Source: Escherichia phage AV101. From it: a stretch of DNA of 64,000 bases. Each line of letters opens with the position of its first letter. Position 1 is the stretch's first letter. Below, piece after piece: positions 36,816 through 46,184 of the stretch. The translations under genes and the position numbers were made by a program. The DNA is taken from sequence record OQ973471.1; one strand, given 5' to 3'. The notes beneath the pieces were generated by a model that worked only from the letters and a program-made list of their open reading frames with translations, made no database searches and was not told the DNA's origin.

Positions 36816-37197
36816 TGATATGTGCCTCGTATTGTTGACAGACAACAACTACTTTACGGCACATGTCGATATCGAACAAGCCAATATGACACTCACGCTT
36901 CTTTATCCCCAGCTTATGCGCCAGCCAACTGTAAGCGTCGCTCCTGCTCCTCTCTCCGCTTTTCCACAATGGGTCAAACGATCTATGGGCTTCCTGCTTA
37001 GCAGCACGGAGAGCGGCATTCGCCATCCTTCCCAGAGGTTGTCTGCCGTCGCCATGGGCATGGCAACCGACACGGGCATCACATGGAGTGCACACCCAGA
37101 ACTTCAGATTGCGGAGGTCAGGGCGATGAGGGTAGAGAACATCACCACCGACGAATTCGGCTGGGAGGCCACAGTAATCACATATAACAGGTTTCAT
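36787..37197 (-). CDS. Cys4 zinc-ribbon protein
   Basis: CDYC ... CTPC motifs; terminator hairpin immediately upstream. Confidence 0.4.
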   Translation of the reverse strand: MKPVICDYCGLPAEFVGGDVLYPHRPDLRNLKFWVCTPCDARVGCHAHGDGRQPLGRMANAALRAAKQEAHRSFDPLWKSGERSRSDAYSWLAHKLGIKKRECHIGLFDIDMCRKVVVVCQQYEAHINVKGNTRSV

Positions 37198-37214
37198 ATT
37201 CTTTGTCCAAAAGA

Positions 37215-37236
37215 AACCCCGCACATGGCGGGGTTG
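37215..37236 (-). terminator. Rho-independent terminator
   Basis: AACCCCGC-CATGT-GCGGGGTT followed by TCTTTTGG. Confidence 0.55.
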
Positions 37237-37257
37237 CTCAGGCTGAGGTCAGACAGA

Positions 37258-37629
37258 TTATTTCAGGAGTGCTTCCAGTTCTTCAACAGATTTGCTTTCC
37301 AGCTCTTGCTGTTTCTTACGCTGGATCAGCTCCAGGATAACCTGGTTGTTCGCCTTACGCTCTGCCGCTTCTCTGCTGTCGTCACGTTCTTTCAGCTTAA
37401 CGCCGATGATGTGCTTGACAACGTCGAAGCGCAGCTGCAGTTCGGAGTCAACGTTGCTTTTGGTACCAATGAAATCTTCTTCATCGGTTTCTGCTGCTTT
37501 CACCTGACGGCTCAGACCTTTCGCCATTTCGTTCAGGGCAGTCAGGCTCAGGTCCCAGACCTGCTCAATAGACAGCAGACCTTTGTTAGACTCGAAGCGC
37601 AGTTTCATACGGGTTGCTTTATCAAACAT
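37258..37629 (-). CDS. Hypothetical protein
   Basis: 123 aa, charged helical sequence. Confidence 0.4.
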   Translation of the reverse strand: MFDKATRMKLRFESNKGLLSIEQVWDLSLTALNEMAKGLSRQVKAAETDEEDFIGTKSNVDSELQLRFDVVKHIIGVKLKERDDSREAAERKANNQVILELIQRKKQQELESKSVEELEALLK

Positions 37630-37673
37630 TTTACTATCCTCAATGATGAATGGGTTACAATTTCAAATCAGGT

Positions 37674-39692
37674 TTAGAACACAACTTTCACAGTGCGGTT
37701 GAACGAACCGCTCACCTTCACGAACACGTGGTTGCGTTGGGTGGTAGAGAAGCCCAGACCGGACAGCTGCTCAGTGCTTGGCTGTACTTTAATCTTACCA
37801 CCTAACATTTCAAAAACCTTGCGGTGTTTATCAAGTTCCGGCTTCAGATATTCGTTATAGAAACCACGGGTGCCGACAGGGTTAGCACAACCTTCCAGGA
37901 TGAAGAACACGTGCTTGTTGCCAGTCTGCTCGCCGTCCCAATGGTTTGGTGAGTTCAGAACCAGCTGTACCTTCTGGAAGACGGAGGTCTTGATGCCCCA
38001 GATTTCCTGAGAGCGAGCGTCGTCTTTCAGGGTAGAACGGATGTCTACCACTTGTCCAGCGCGGACATCAATCACAACAGCCAGAGTGCGATCTTTGTGC
38101 TTCAGGCCAGGATGCGAAAAACGCTTGGTCTGGCCTTTGTATTCAACTTCGATTTCGAAGCCCATATCACAGGTTTCACGCTGGCTGAAGTTAGTGACAT
38201 AGAACTCGTACAGACCATCACGCAGCTTGCGTTCATCGCTGAAGAAGATGTTCTCCACCGGACGGCGGTTTGGATCAATGCCGTCCATACCGTTCATGTC
38301 GATGTCTAGAGTTGCGCCAGTTGTCGAACGACGGTTGTGATAATACACGTGGTTGTGAAGAGGATCGTTCAGGCTCAGATCCAGGTCGTCGTTGTTATGC
38401 CAAGCCAGTGACACACGGAGGAAGCTGTCGACATTGCCGCCTGCGGTCTTCACGCGCTCTTTGATGGAGTCGGCCACTTCGCCATTGTACGACCAGCTGA
38501 AGCCGTTGTTCCACTTGAACAGGTTAGGAGCGCCTGCGGTGGCCGGAGCGATCAGGGACATCAGGTTGCCAATGTGAGAGTTTTCGACCAGCACTTCCAG
38601 GGAATGCGCCTTTGGCAACACGTTGGTCAGGAAGTCGTCGATCGTGATCTCTTCAACCTTGTCCAGGGACTTGGTCGGAGTCTTCACTTCAGACGCCAGC
38701 TGAGCAAACGGGTCCATCTTCTTCTGAGCTGCTAGGTCGGCGAACAGAACGTTGTTGATGGTCAGATCGTCATACACGGCATAACGGCGACCCAGTGAAT
38801 CAGTCAGACCCAGCGCTTCGACTTCTTTCTGCGCGTTTTCAATCATCGACTTCGTGACCAGCGCGGTTGGGCGCTTGTAGTTCGTCGGAGCGACTTTGGC
38901 TTCAAAGGACTTCACGGCGGTTTCCAGATCCCGACCTTCATTGAGGTCTACCAGCAGAGAGCCAATCACGGTATTACGAATGCCGTGAGGGGTATGACCG
39001 TTTGCACGGTAGCCAGTGCGCCAAGCCCACAGAGCGCGTTTCTCTTCTGCAGTTTGTTCGTACAGGGTCTTGTTCACCACGAACGCCTGCACTGCCGCTT
39101 TGTGCTCTTCACCGCGATACAGAGAATTCTGGTCAATCAATTCAAGAACGATTTCAGCCGATTCCAGAGACAGTTCACGCAGGCCGCGCTCAAACACTTC
39201 AATCGCCTGGCGGATTTCACCCTTCTTAGAAGCGATGGTATCTGCCCGCAGAACATAGCTGCTCAGCAGGTCGGTGTGGAAGTGGTTGTAGGTGCGGACA
39301 ATACCGTCTTTCATTTCGTGATTCGACCCAACACCAACTTTCTTGGTGTCGTTGAAGTACACATCGACGATTGCGTGCTGCTTAACATATGCTGACAGCG
39401 CCGCAGCGACAACGTCGTATTCGTTACCCAGCTGAATGTTATCCCAGATAGAGATCACGTTCAGGTCGGAGTCGATGGTGACCACACCGCCGATATTACG
39501 GATGAATTGTTTACAGCAGGTACAGTCGTGTTCGGTACGCTCACGATAAAGCGGGTTAGTGCCAGCAGGGAAAGAAGACAGATACAGATCCCACAGAGCA
39601 TCTTTATCGATGTTGGTCATGAACAGACCAGTTGCTGACATGGCCAGCACATTATTGTTTACGGCTACTGCGAAGGGCTTAAATTCTGACAT
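37674..39692 (-). CDS. Large hypothetical early protein (672 aa)
   Basis: Long ORF preceded by a hairpin and the conserved leader; no family recognised. Confidence 0.5.
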   Translation of the reverse strand: MSEFKPFAVAVNNNVLAMSATGLFMTNIDKDALWDLYLSSFPAGTNPLYRERTEHDCTCCKQFIRNIGGVVTIDSDLNVISIWDNIQLGNEYDVVAAALSAYVKQHAIVDVYFNDTKKVGVGSNHEMKDGIVRTYNHFHTDLLSSYVLRADTIASKKGEIRQAIEVFERGLRELSLESAEIVLELIDQNSLYRGEEHKAAVQAFVVNKTLYEQTAEEKRALWAWRTGYRANGHTPHGIRNTVIGSLLVDLNEGRDLETAVKSFEAKVAPTNYKRPTALVTKSMIENAQKEVEALGLTDSLGRRYAVYDDLTINNVLFADLAAQKKMDPFAQLASEVKTPTKSLDKVEEITIDDFLTNVLPKAHSLEVLVENSHIGNLMSLIAPATAGAPNLFKWNNGFSWSYNGEVADSIKERVKTAGGNVDSFLRVSLAWHNNDDLDLSLNDPLHNHVYYHNRRSTTGATLDIDMNGMDGIDPNRRPVENIFFSDERKLRDGLYEFYVTNFSQRETCDMGFEIEVEYKGQTKRFSHPGLKHKDRTLAVVIDVRAGQVVDIRSTLKDDARSQEIWGIKTSVFQKVQLVLNSPNHWDGEQTGNKHVFFILEGCANPVGTRGFYNEYLKPELDKHRKVFEMLGGKIKVQPSTEQLSGLGFSTTQRNHVFVKVSGSFNRTVKVVF

Positions 39693-39811
39693 GATGTAGT
39701 CTTCCTGTTTCAGTTCAAATGTGCGCCCCGTTTGCCAGGGCGCTTCGTTTAAGTGAGGTCAATAATACGTTGAAAAAAGTTATTGAAGAATGAAGTAAAG
39801 GGAATCTTTAT
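39693..39811 (-). promoter_or_regulatory. AT-rich upstream region, stem-loop and conserved leader upstream of the 672-aa gene (no clean -35/-10 promoter)
   Basis: TTTACTTCATTCTTCAATAAC block, hairpin GCGCCC..GGGCGC, leader GAAACAGGAAGACTACATC-ATG; -35/-10 spacing does not fit. Confidence 0.4.
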
Positions 39812-40036
39812 TCAGACGATCTTACCACCGTCACAAGGCCGAGTATCACCGGAGTTGTATGCCAGCATCCCCTGCATCAACAAACGTCTTGGCCCAGAAA
39901 CTGATTTCTGTTTCCTCAACGTACTGCAGAACCGAGTAGTGCCTGGGTAAGGAGTGTACACGAGACGACCTTGCATACGAGCTTCCAGTAGGAATTCATC
40001 TGTGGCTTTGCGTAACTTGAATAATTTCCAGCTCAT
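39812..40036 (-). CDS. Hypothetical small protein downstream of HNH endonuclease
   Basis: 74 aa, ATGA overlap with HNH gene stop. Confidence 0.3.
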   Translation of the reverse strand: MSWKLFKLRKATDEFLLEARMQGRLVYTPYPGTTRFCSTLRKQKSVSGPRRLLMQGMLAYNSGDTRPCDGGKIV

Positions 40037-40962
40037 TTTTCACCCTTGTATCTTTTTAACCATTTGACGCATTTTAATGGTTCCCACCCTTTATTGAAAC
40101 GTTCGATAATGCTGTTTGTCGCATTAAAAGCCTTCAAATCCTTTGTTCCGTACACATGCATGAGGGCTTCCGCTCTTTTCATCGTCTTCAAAGATTGCAT
40201 AAGCAAATCAGCTTTTGACCAATACACATCATTTTCGGGGTTCCATTTCGCTTTCTCCCAAGGCAACTTCACTAACATACCTTTCTGGGCGTTTTCTTTC
40301 TGTTTGGCTCGTTGTTCCGGTGTGAAAGAATTGGTTAAGTCCTTCCCATAATTGGGATTGAGTTTCCCGAGTTTTGCTTGTCTAGAACGCTCCGAAAATT
40401 GCTTCAAATCTGTATTGGCGCGACGCCGCTCTAAAACCTGCCTTTTATATTCAGGGTCAGAAGCCATTCTTTCATGGATTTTCATCAATCCTTTGGTAAT
40501 TTTCTTGACTTGCTCTGGAGTTCTCTTATATCCATATTGGGGGTTATTCTTTCCTCTCCTTCCGTACATTGGGTTGTCTTTACCCACAAACCGAGAAACC
40601 CCTTTCCATTGTAAAGATAGTTGTTCGCTGAATTTAATTCTGAAACTTTCATATAAATGAGAATTAAACCGAATCCCCGATTTATTTCTTCTTCCCCCCT
40701 TTCTCATAGCCACCACAGCATACACCATTCTCGTGTTTGGGAAAGCCAATGCCAAGCACAAATGCACAAGATAATGTTGCCTGCCTGTTAATCGAACCAA
40801 ATTGTTCTTATCTTTAAAATATTCAGGGAACATGCTCTTGGGAAGGATGTGGTGTAATTCAGTGTAGTCACCATCAGAATATTTGAAAGATTGAACCATC
40901 CTCAAATACTTCTTGATGAAATGCGGTTTACCGCCTTTAGAAACCAACAATTCATAAAACAT
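40033..40962 (-). CDS. HNH homing endonuclease with NUMOD-like repeats
   Basis: ELHHILPKS...NLVRLTGRQHYLVH HNH motif; basic Lys/Arg-rich repeats; AT-rich relative to neighbours; RBS in hairpin. Confidence 0.75.
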   Translation of the reverse strand: MFYELLVSKGGKPHFIKKYLRMVQSFKYSDGDYTELHHILPKSMFPEYFKDKNNLVRLTGRQHYLVHLCLALAFPNTRMVYAVVAMRKGGRRNKSGIRFNSHLYESFRIKFSEQLSLQWKGVSRFVGKDNPMYGRRGKNNPQYGYKRTPEQVKKITKGLMKIHERMASDPEYKRQVLERRRANTDLKQFSERSRQAKLGKLNPNYGKDLTNSFTPEQRAKQKENAQKGMLVKLPWEKAKWNPENDVYWSKADLLMQSLKTMKRAEALMHVYGTKDLKAFNATNSIIERFNKGWEPLKCVKWLKRYKGEK

Positions 40963-40993
40963 AACAGGAACTCCAAAAATGAAAGTTCCTGTT
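40963..40993 (-). promoter_or_regulatory. Stem-loop partly sequestering the RBS of the HNH endonuclease gene
   Basis: AACAGGAACT-loop-AGTTCCTGTT 10-bp stem with GGAG at loop/stem junction, directly 5' of ATG 40962. Confidence 0.5.
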
Positions 40994-41023
40994 ATAATAT
41001 ACTTTGTTAACTCACAAAGTAAG

Positions 41024-42223
41024 TTACTTTTTAAATAAATTTAGCAGGTTTTTAGAACCAGATGTCGTCGCTTTAGGTTGTCCTTCCCCATCGTAACCAA
41101 CCTTCCCGCGCGGTTTTTTGCCTTGGTTGACGGCTTCTACACAACGGGTATATTTCGACAATTCACAAAAGTGGTTCTCTAATTGTTGAACATTCATACA
41201 CTGATCCCAAGGCTCTTCGGCCGACCAAAATTCTTCCCTGTTATACCCAAGAGGACCATAAACTGCGTCCTGATTATCCCGTAGCCAGAAGATGCATTCT
41301 TCGTGGGTCATACCGTCTTTGTTCAGGAACATCAGGTCGATGCCTGCGCGACAGCCTGGTCCAGCAACCGTGAAGTGGTTCTCGCTGAAAGGATATCCAG
41401 GAATGTACGTGAAATCAACCCAGATCTGATAGGCCAGGAATGGACCAAGCCCTTCGATGTCGTCATACATGCGCTGGTATACTTCCAGAGGAGTACCAAG
41501 GCGCAGCAAGTCATGGAAATAGTTTGGATACTTGTTGACGAATGCCTTCAGAGAACGGATAACACGCATCGGCATGTATGGTTCCCATCCCTCGATGGTA
41601 TATTCACCAGGATTCTCTTCGACCAGCTTTTTGGCGACCTTGTAGTCCATCTCGTCCACAATACCCTGGCCAACGCGATACACTTTCACCATCATCCCAC
41701 CGAAGCACTGCTCCTTGTGGTTGACAACCATCTCAGGGAAAGCCAGGCATTGCTTCAGGCCGCCCGTGTTGAAGGCATTGGTGAATACCTTACCACCGTC
41801 GGCCTCGAACTTCTGAAGTCGTTCGCGGGTTGCATCGAGGTTGATCTCGGCGAATTCTTTGATCGTCATCGCGCCGCCGATAGCCTGGATTGGATCCCAG
41901 AGGTTGAACATGCGGAACATCACGCAGTTGAACATCTTGTCGGCCATACCCAGAGCATCGTTGTTGACGATGTTGTTGATCAGGTTGAGAGACTGTCTGT
42001 CGTGCTCTCTCCGGACGTTACAGAATTTAACCTGGCGTAGTATGGGATTATCAGTCCAAGGAGCAGGAAGGCGCTGGACGTCCTTCTTGACGTGGATCTG
42101 ATAACGATCGCGCATCCATTCGTAAGACAGGCTGGTATGGGTCGGACTGAGAACCGGTTTGGCCGACTTTATCTTTTCTTCACGGACACCGCAGTACGGG
42201 ACGTCCAGGGCTTTATCTTTCAT
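41024..42223 (-). CDS. Hypothetical protein (399 aa), possible nucleotide/DNA-metabolism enzyme
   Basis: Long ORF between HNH gene and MazG-like gene; no motif recognised. Confidence 0.45.
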   Translation of the reverse strand: MKDKALDVPYCGVREEKIKSAKPVLSPTHTSLSYEWMRDRYQIHVKKDVQRLPAPWTDNPILRQVKFCNVRREHDRQSLNLINNIVNNDALGMADKMFNCVMFRMFNLWDPIQAIGGAMTIKEFAEINLDATRERLQKFEADGGKVFTNAFNTGGLKQCLAFPEMVVNHKEQCFGGMMVKVYRVGQGIVDEMDYKVAKKLVEENPGEYTIEGWEPYMPMRVIRSLKAFVNKYPNYFHDLLRLGTPLEVYQRMYDDIEGLGPFLAYQIWVDFTYIPGYPFSENHFTVAGPGCRAGIDLMFLNKDGMTHEECIFWLRDNQDAVYGPLGYNREEFWSAEEPWDQCMNVQQLENHFCELSKYTRCVEAVNQGKKPRGKVGYDGEGQPKATTSGSKNLLNLFKK

Positions 42224-42291
42224 GGTATCCTCTTAGAATACGAAAACAGAGGCCATTATAGCCTCTGTTGTTTAGTGAATAACCGTATATC

Positions 42292-43164
42292 TTAATCGAT
42301 ACGGGTCAGTTGGGTGATAGATGATTGCACTGGGCTGGCCACATAGATACGGACGTTGGCTTTCCATTCACCCCAGATCAACGGCAGAGTTGGGAAGTTG
42401 TCTTCATTGAAAACAAACACGGGAATGTAGCTCTCGACTGTTTCGCCAGAGAACGCCTGAAAGCCCATCTTGGTGTATCCCATGATCTCGTCAATAAAAT
42501 CGAACGGAGCGAAGGCAACACCAGCGTGTTCGTTAGAACCGAGCTGGCCTGGAATGGCCGTGCCCGTCAGAATGATTTCGGTGATCTGGCGCTTAGGCTC
42601 GGTGGTCAACATATCAGAGAAGTCAGGCTCTTTGAAGGTTGCCATGTTCTTCAGGAACTTGCCAGCCGGGTACTCTTTGCCGTCGACAGTGATGGTGTCC
42701 ACCACTTTGATGCACGCCTGAGGGAATTCCCCTTCGATGCGTAGACTTTCGCGTGGGAATCCTTTGTTATAGTAATACTCCAGCGCTGGAACAACTTCAC
42801 CTTCATTGCGAACGAACTTGCTCATGTTAGAGGCATACACGCGTTGTAGGCATTCGTCACCGTCGAAACCAGCAATATGAGCCACACCGTCGTTGACAGT
42901 GGTGATGTCGCCCTGGGCATCCATGATCTGGCGCATAATGTCTTTGATGTCGACAACAACGGGTTCTTTCAGGACTCGCGGAGATGCAGTGAACTCAATT
43001 TTCACCTCGTGGTCGAAATACACCGCTTCCAGCAGTTCACGGGTTTCTTCCAGCACCAGTTTCGCCTGATTGCGGATCTTACCAAAGTCAGGCGATGTGA
43101 CGTCGCCCTTTGCATTACCGAAAGCCAGATTCAGATTCACGTTCTTAGAAAATGTAGTTGTCAT
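42292..43164 (-). CDS. Hypothetical protein with possible MazG-like NTP pyrophosphohydrolase N-terminal domain
   Basis: LEETRELLEA ... AQGDITTV ... DECLQRV pattern resembling MazG/dCTPase fold; weak. Confidence 0.35.
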   Translation of the reverse strand: MTTTFSKNVNLNLAFGNAKGDVTSPDFGKIRNQAKLVLEETRELLEAVYFDHEVKIEFTASPRVLKEPVVVDIKDIMRQIMDAQGDITTVNDGVAHIAGFDGDECLQRVYASNMSKFVRNEGEVVPALEYYYNKGFPRESLRIEGEFPQACIKVVDTITVDGKEYPAGKFLKNMATFKEPDFSDMLTTEPKRQITEIILTGTAIPGQLGSNEHAGVAFAPFDFIDEIMGYTKMGFQAFSGETVESYIPVFVFNEDNFPTLPLIWGEWKANVRIYVASPVQSSITQLTRID

Positions 43165-43180
43165 GATTTAGCGACTCCAG

Positions 43181-43645
43181 TTATTCGCTTTTTGCCTTCG
43201 TAGGCCGGATGATGTATTTTGGAACCAGCTTCCATTCAGGAACCTGATCGTGTTTAACCACTTTAATGCGAGACATATCGGCTGCTTCGGTGACCTGCTC
43301 AGGATGAATGACCTTCACCATGTTCCACTGCTCCAGCAGCTTGATGATTCGGTTCATCCTCAGGACATCTTCGCGGTTAAATCCGTTGTAATGCCCGTCC
43401 AGCATAAATAGATGCTTAAAGTGGACGATATAATACTTGCCGCACTTATGAAGAATATGGCAAGTTTGATACAGAGTATTCGGCTCTTGGCGCGTGTTTA
43501 CCCCAATTCGACTCAGTGTTTCCTTGATCCCCAGGAATATACCTGGCCGATCTTGGTTCAATTGAACTTCAACCATACAATCAACGATGCTGGCCTCATC
43601 GTTGACTGCTGAAATATTCAATATGTCTAGCGTATTACGCGCCAT
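43181..43645 (-). CDS. regA: Translational repressor RegA
   Basis: KETLSRIGV...LYQTCHILHKCGKYYIVHFK...EWKLVPKYIIR matches T4 RegA. Confidence 0.8.
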   Translation of the reverse strand: MARNTLDILNISAVNDEASIVDCMVEVQLNQDRPGIFLGIKETLSRIGVNTRQEPNTLYQTCHILHKCGKYYIVHFKHLFMLDGHYNGFNREDVLRMNRIIKLLEQWNMVKVIHPEQVTEAADMSRIKVVKHDQVPEWKLVPKYIIRPTKAKSE

Positions 43646-43674
43646 GACTCATTCCCCTTTTACAATAGTTTGAA

Positions 43675-44097
43675 CTACTTAGCCTTGCGCGGTTTCGCTT
43701 TGGCGTTCAGCTCAGTGCGTCTCATCTTCTCGCGTATCTCGGCCAGGACTTCCTTCGGCAAGAAACGGACGTACTCCGATGCCTTCTCCATGCTGATGTA
43801 GAAGTACTCTGAGAGTAACTTCACGTCAGGATCAATCGGACCTTTCTTAGACCATTTGTCGTAGCGTTTCCGAGCCGGAATGGTGTAAAAGGCATATGAC
43901 CATTGCATCCATGGAGTGATAGCATGTAGCTTATTCATCTGTTGCGCAGCCACTAGAGTGTCTTTGCTCTGAGCTAAACCACGCCGCGTCATAAACGGGT
44001 CGAATCCTTTCAACACTTCTGGGTCATCAGACCGCAAAAGGTTTTCTTTGCTGCTGTTCAGAGCAGACAGGTAATCGAACAATCCAAGGGCGGCCAT
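43675..44097 (-). CDS. gp62: Clamp-loader small subunit (T4 gp62-like)
   Basis: PARKRYDKWSK resembles T4 gp62 PRGKRYGKWAK; position between gp44 and regA. Confidence 0.6.
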   Translation of the reverse strand: MAALGLFDYLSALNSSKENLLRSDDPEVLKGFDPFMTRRGLAQSKDTLVAAQQMNKLHAITPWMQWSYAFYTIPARKRYDKWSKKGPIDPDVKLLSEYFYISMEKASEYVRFLPKEVLAEIREKMRRTELNAKAKPRKAK

Positions 44098-44101
44098 AAT
44101 A

Positions 44102-45091
44102 TCACTTCCACTTGATGTTGAGCATGACATTGGTCAGGAAAAACACAGCATGCAGCCAGACATCGCCGACTTGACGGTGTTCAATCTGAGACTGACCACA
44201 TACGCATACTAGATCAGGGATAGACTCATTCTGAACCAACATTTGCTTCTCTTTATCCTGTGGTACACAGAACTGGAAGAAGCGGGAATAGAAGTCTTCA
44301 GTGATATAGTTCTGGTTGTCGGTCACCCACTGCTTCATCCCAGCCCAGTCATTATCCTTCAACATATTCACCAACATGCCCATATCGGCCGATTTTAACA
44401 CAGCCAGTGCACGTTCGTCGATCTTGCCGTAAGTGGTGACGTTATCCTGTAGAACACCCATGATGCGGCGGTTATCAGGGAAATGGCGCTTGACAATAGC
44501 AGCCAACACAGGAGGGTCATACTCAACACCTTCGCAGCGAAGGATTTCAGCACAGCGGCGCATGAACTGAAGTTTGACCTCATCAGCCTCGGTCTCATTC
44601 CAGATAAAGTCGATTTCACGGCAACGAGAGCGCAGAGGTTCGTTCACACGTTGCTTGGCGTTGGTGGTCAAGATGAATGAACAGTTCTTGGAGACCTTCT
44701 CCACAATACCCTTCAGCGACTCCTGTGCCGCCATAGACAGACGCTCTACTTCGTCGAGGATAACGACTTTGCGGCCACCGAATACGCTCACACCAGTAGA
44801 GTACTGAATCACGCGGTCACGGATAACGTCGATGCTGTTGTCCAGGGATGCGTTGATCATCAGTGGTTGCTTACAACCGATTTCATTACACACGGCCAGG
44901 GCGGAGGTAGTCTTGCCAGTACCAGGCTGAGGAGAGTAGAACAGCATAGACGGGATGTTGCCGTTGCCGCTGGTGATGTAGCCATGGATTTTAGCGCGGA
45001 CGTCTTGAGGGATGATAATCTCGTCCAGGTTGTCAGGGCGGTACTTGTTTTCCCATGCGTACTGGTCGGAAACGATAGTGATATTAGACAT
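44102..45091 (-). CDS. gp44: Clamp-loader large subunit, AAA+ ATPase (T4 gp44-like)
   Basis: Walker A PQPGTGKTT, DEVERL box, sensor motifs. Confidence 0.8.
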   Translation of the reverse strand: MSNITIVSDQYAWENKYRPDNLDEIIIPQDVRAKIHGYITSGNGNIPSMLFYSPQPGTGKTTSALAVCNEIGCKQPLMINASLDNSIDVIRDRVIQYSTGVSVFGGRKVVILDEVERLSMAAQESLKGIVEKVSKNCSFILTTNAKQRVNEPLRSRCREIDFIWNETEADEVKLQFMRRCAEILRCEGVEYDPPVLAAIVKRHFPDNRRIMGVLQDNVTTYGKIDERALAVLKSADMGMLVNMLKDNDWAGMKQWVTDNQNYITEDFYSRFFQFCVPQDKEKQMLVQNESIPDLVCVCGQSQIEHRQVGDVWLHAVFFLTNVMLNIKWK

Positions 45092-45173
45092 TTTCAGCCT
45101 CGTGTAGAAGAATCATTTCAAATAGGCGGGGAACGCCCCCGCCCACACATTATAGCATCAGGCTGGAGATTGA

Positions 45174-45842
45174 TTACTCAATCTGTGCGCCGACGAAGTA
45201 ATTGATCGTCGCGTCGGATGATTGGAAGTTCACCATTTGTAGATCAGCACATGCACGCAGAGTGTAGTTGCCTTCGATCATTTTCAGGTTGGCAACATCC
45301 AGTGGCATTACGAAGTCCGGCAGCGCGGTTTCGCCCAGCTCAACAGTGTAGTTGTTGGAGTTGTCCAGGGTAGTGGTGGTTGCAACCAGGCGAGTTTTGC
45401 CACCCTGAGCAACCAGGCGCACAGTCTTGTGTCCGAGGGTAGAACAGGCGCGGGTCAGTTCTTTCATCTTCTCTGGAGTGATGATCGCTTCAAAGTCGAC
45501 AGACGGCAGTTCAATAGTATCAGCCGGGACAACCGTGAGTTCTTTAGCAGAACGCCAGAATTGCAGCTGAGAACTTTCGCCTTTCAACAGGATGTAGTCC
45601 TGATGGAATTCGGCTTTGGCACCTTTGAAGGAAGGTAGGCGCTGGATGGCCAGAAGTTTGGTCAGGTCCAGAATCGGGAACTCAAACGGGAAGTCTTCTT
45701 CGATCTGCGCCACGGCGATCACAGTAGAAGAATCATTAATACTGCGCAGCATCTTGCCCGGTGTCAGAACGATAGATGGGTTGATGGTCTCAAAGTTGGC
45801 CAGCAACTGAAGTGTACGTTCGGAGAGAGTGATCTCTTGCAT
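45174..45842 (-). CDS. gp45: Sliding clamp (T4 gp45-like)
   Basis: 222 aa; N-terminus LLANFETINPSI resembles T4 gp45 LLKNFATINSGI; upstream of gp44. Confidence 0.75.
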   Translation of the reverse strand: MQEITLSERTLQLLANFETINPSIVLTPGKMLRSINDSSTVIAVAQIEEDFPFEFPILDLTKLLAIQRLPSFKGAKAEFHQDYILLKGESSQLQFWRSAKELTVVPADTIELPSVDFEAIITPEKMKELTRACSTLGHKTVRLVAQGGKTRLVATTTTLDNSNNYTVELGETALPDFVMPLDVANLKMIEGNYTLRACADLQMVNFQSSDATINYFVGAQIE

Positions 45843-46184
45843 TTGTATGTATCCTCAAAATATAGTGGGGGTTCAAGTCATGTTTGACGCAATCTAGTAT
45901 CGCTGTGTTTTGCTTATAGAACAAGTGGCAAATTGCGCTACGCGTTATTAATAAATGCCTTCGGCATTTATGGACTTTATTAAAGATAATAATCTTTATT
46001 AATCCTATTCGCTTCGCTCATAAAACAAATACTCGTTGTTCGCTAACGCTCACAACTCGTATAATACCACGCCATTGTTCAACAAGAAAGCAGTTTTTAT
46101 TCAACAGCAAAAATAATTTATTTGGTCTAAACATGCACGCGAAATAATATGTATGTCATGTTAACCAACACACGAGAGTAATAT
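45843..46184. promoter_or_regulatory. AT-rich divergent intergenic region with direct and inverted repeats
   Basis: 342 bp between divergent gp45 and plus-strand ORF; TTGTTC-18nt-TATAAT on plus strand; CTTTATTAA direct repeats 20 bp apart; AAATGCC-TTCG-GCATTT hairpin. Confidence 0.4.

Noticed and set aside
41024-43164. These two ORFs as fragments of a split DNA polymerase (gene 43 position)
   Set aside because: No family-B polymerase or exonuclease motifs in either translation.
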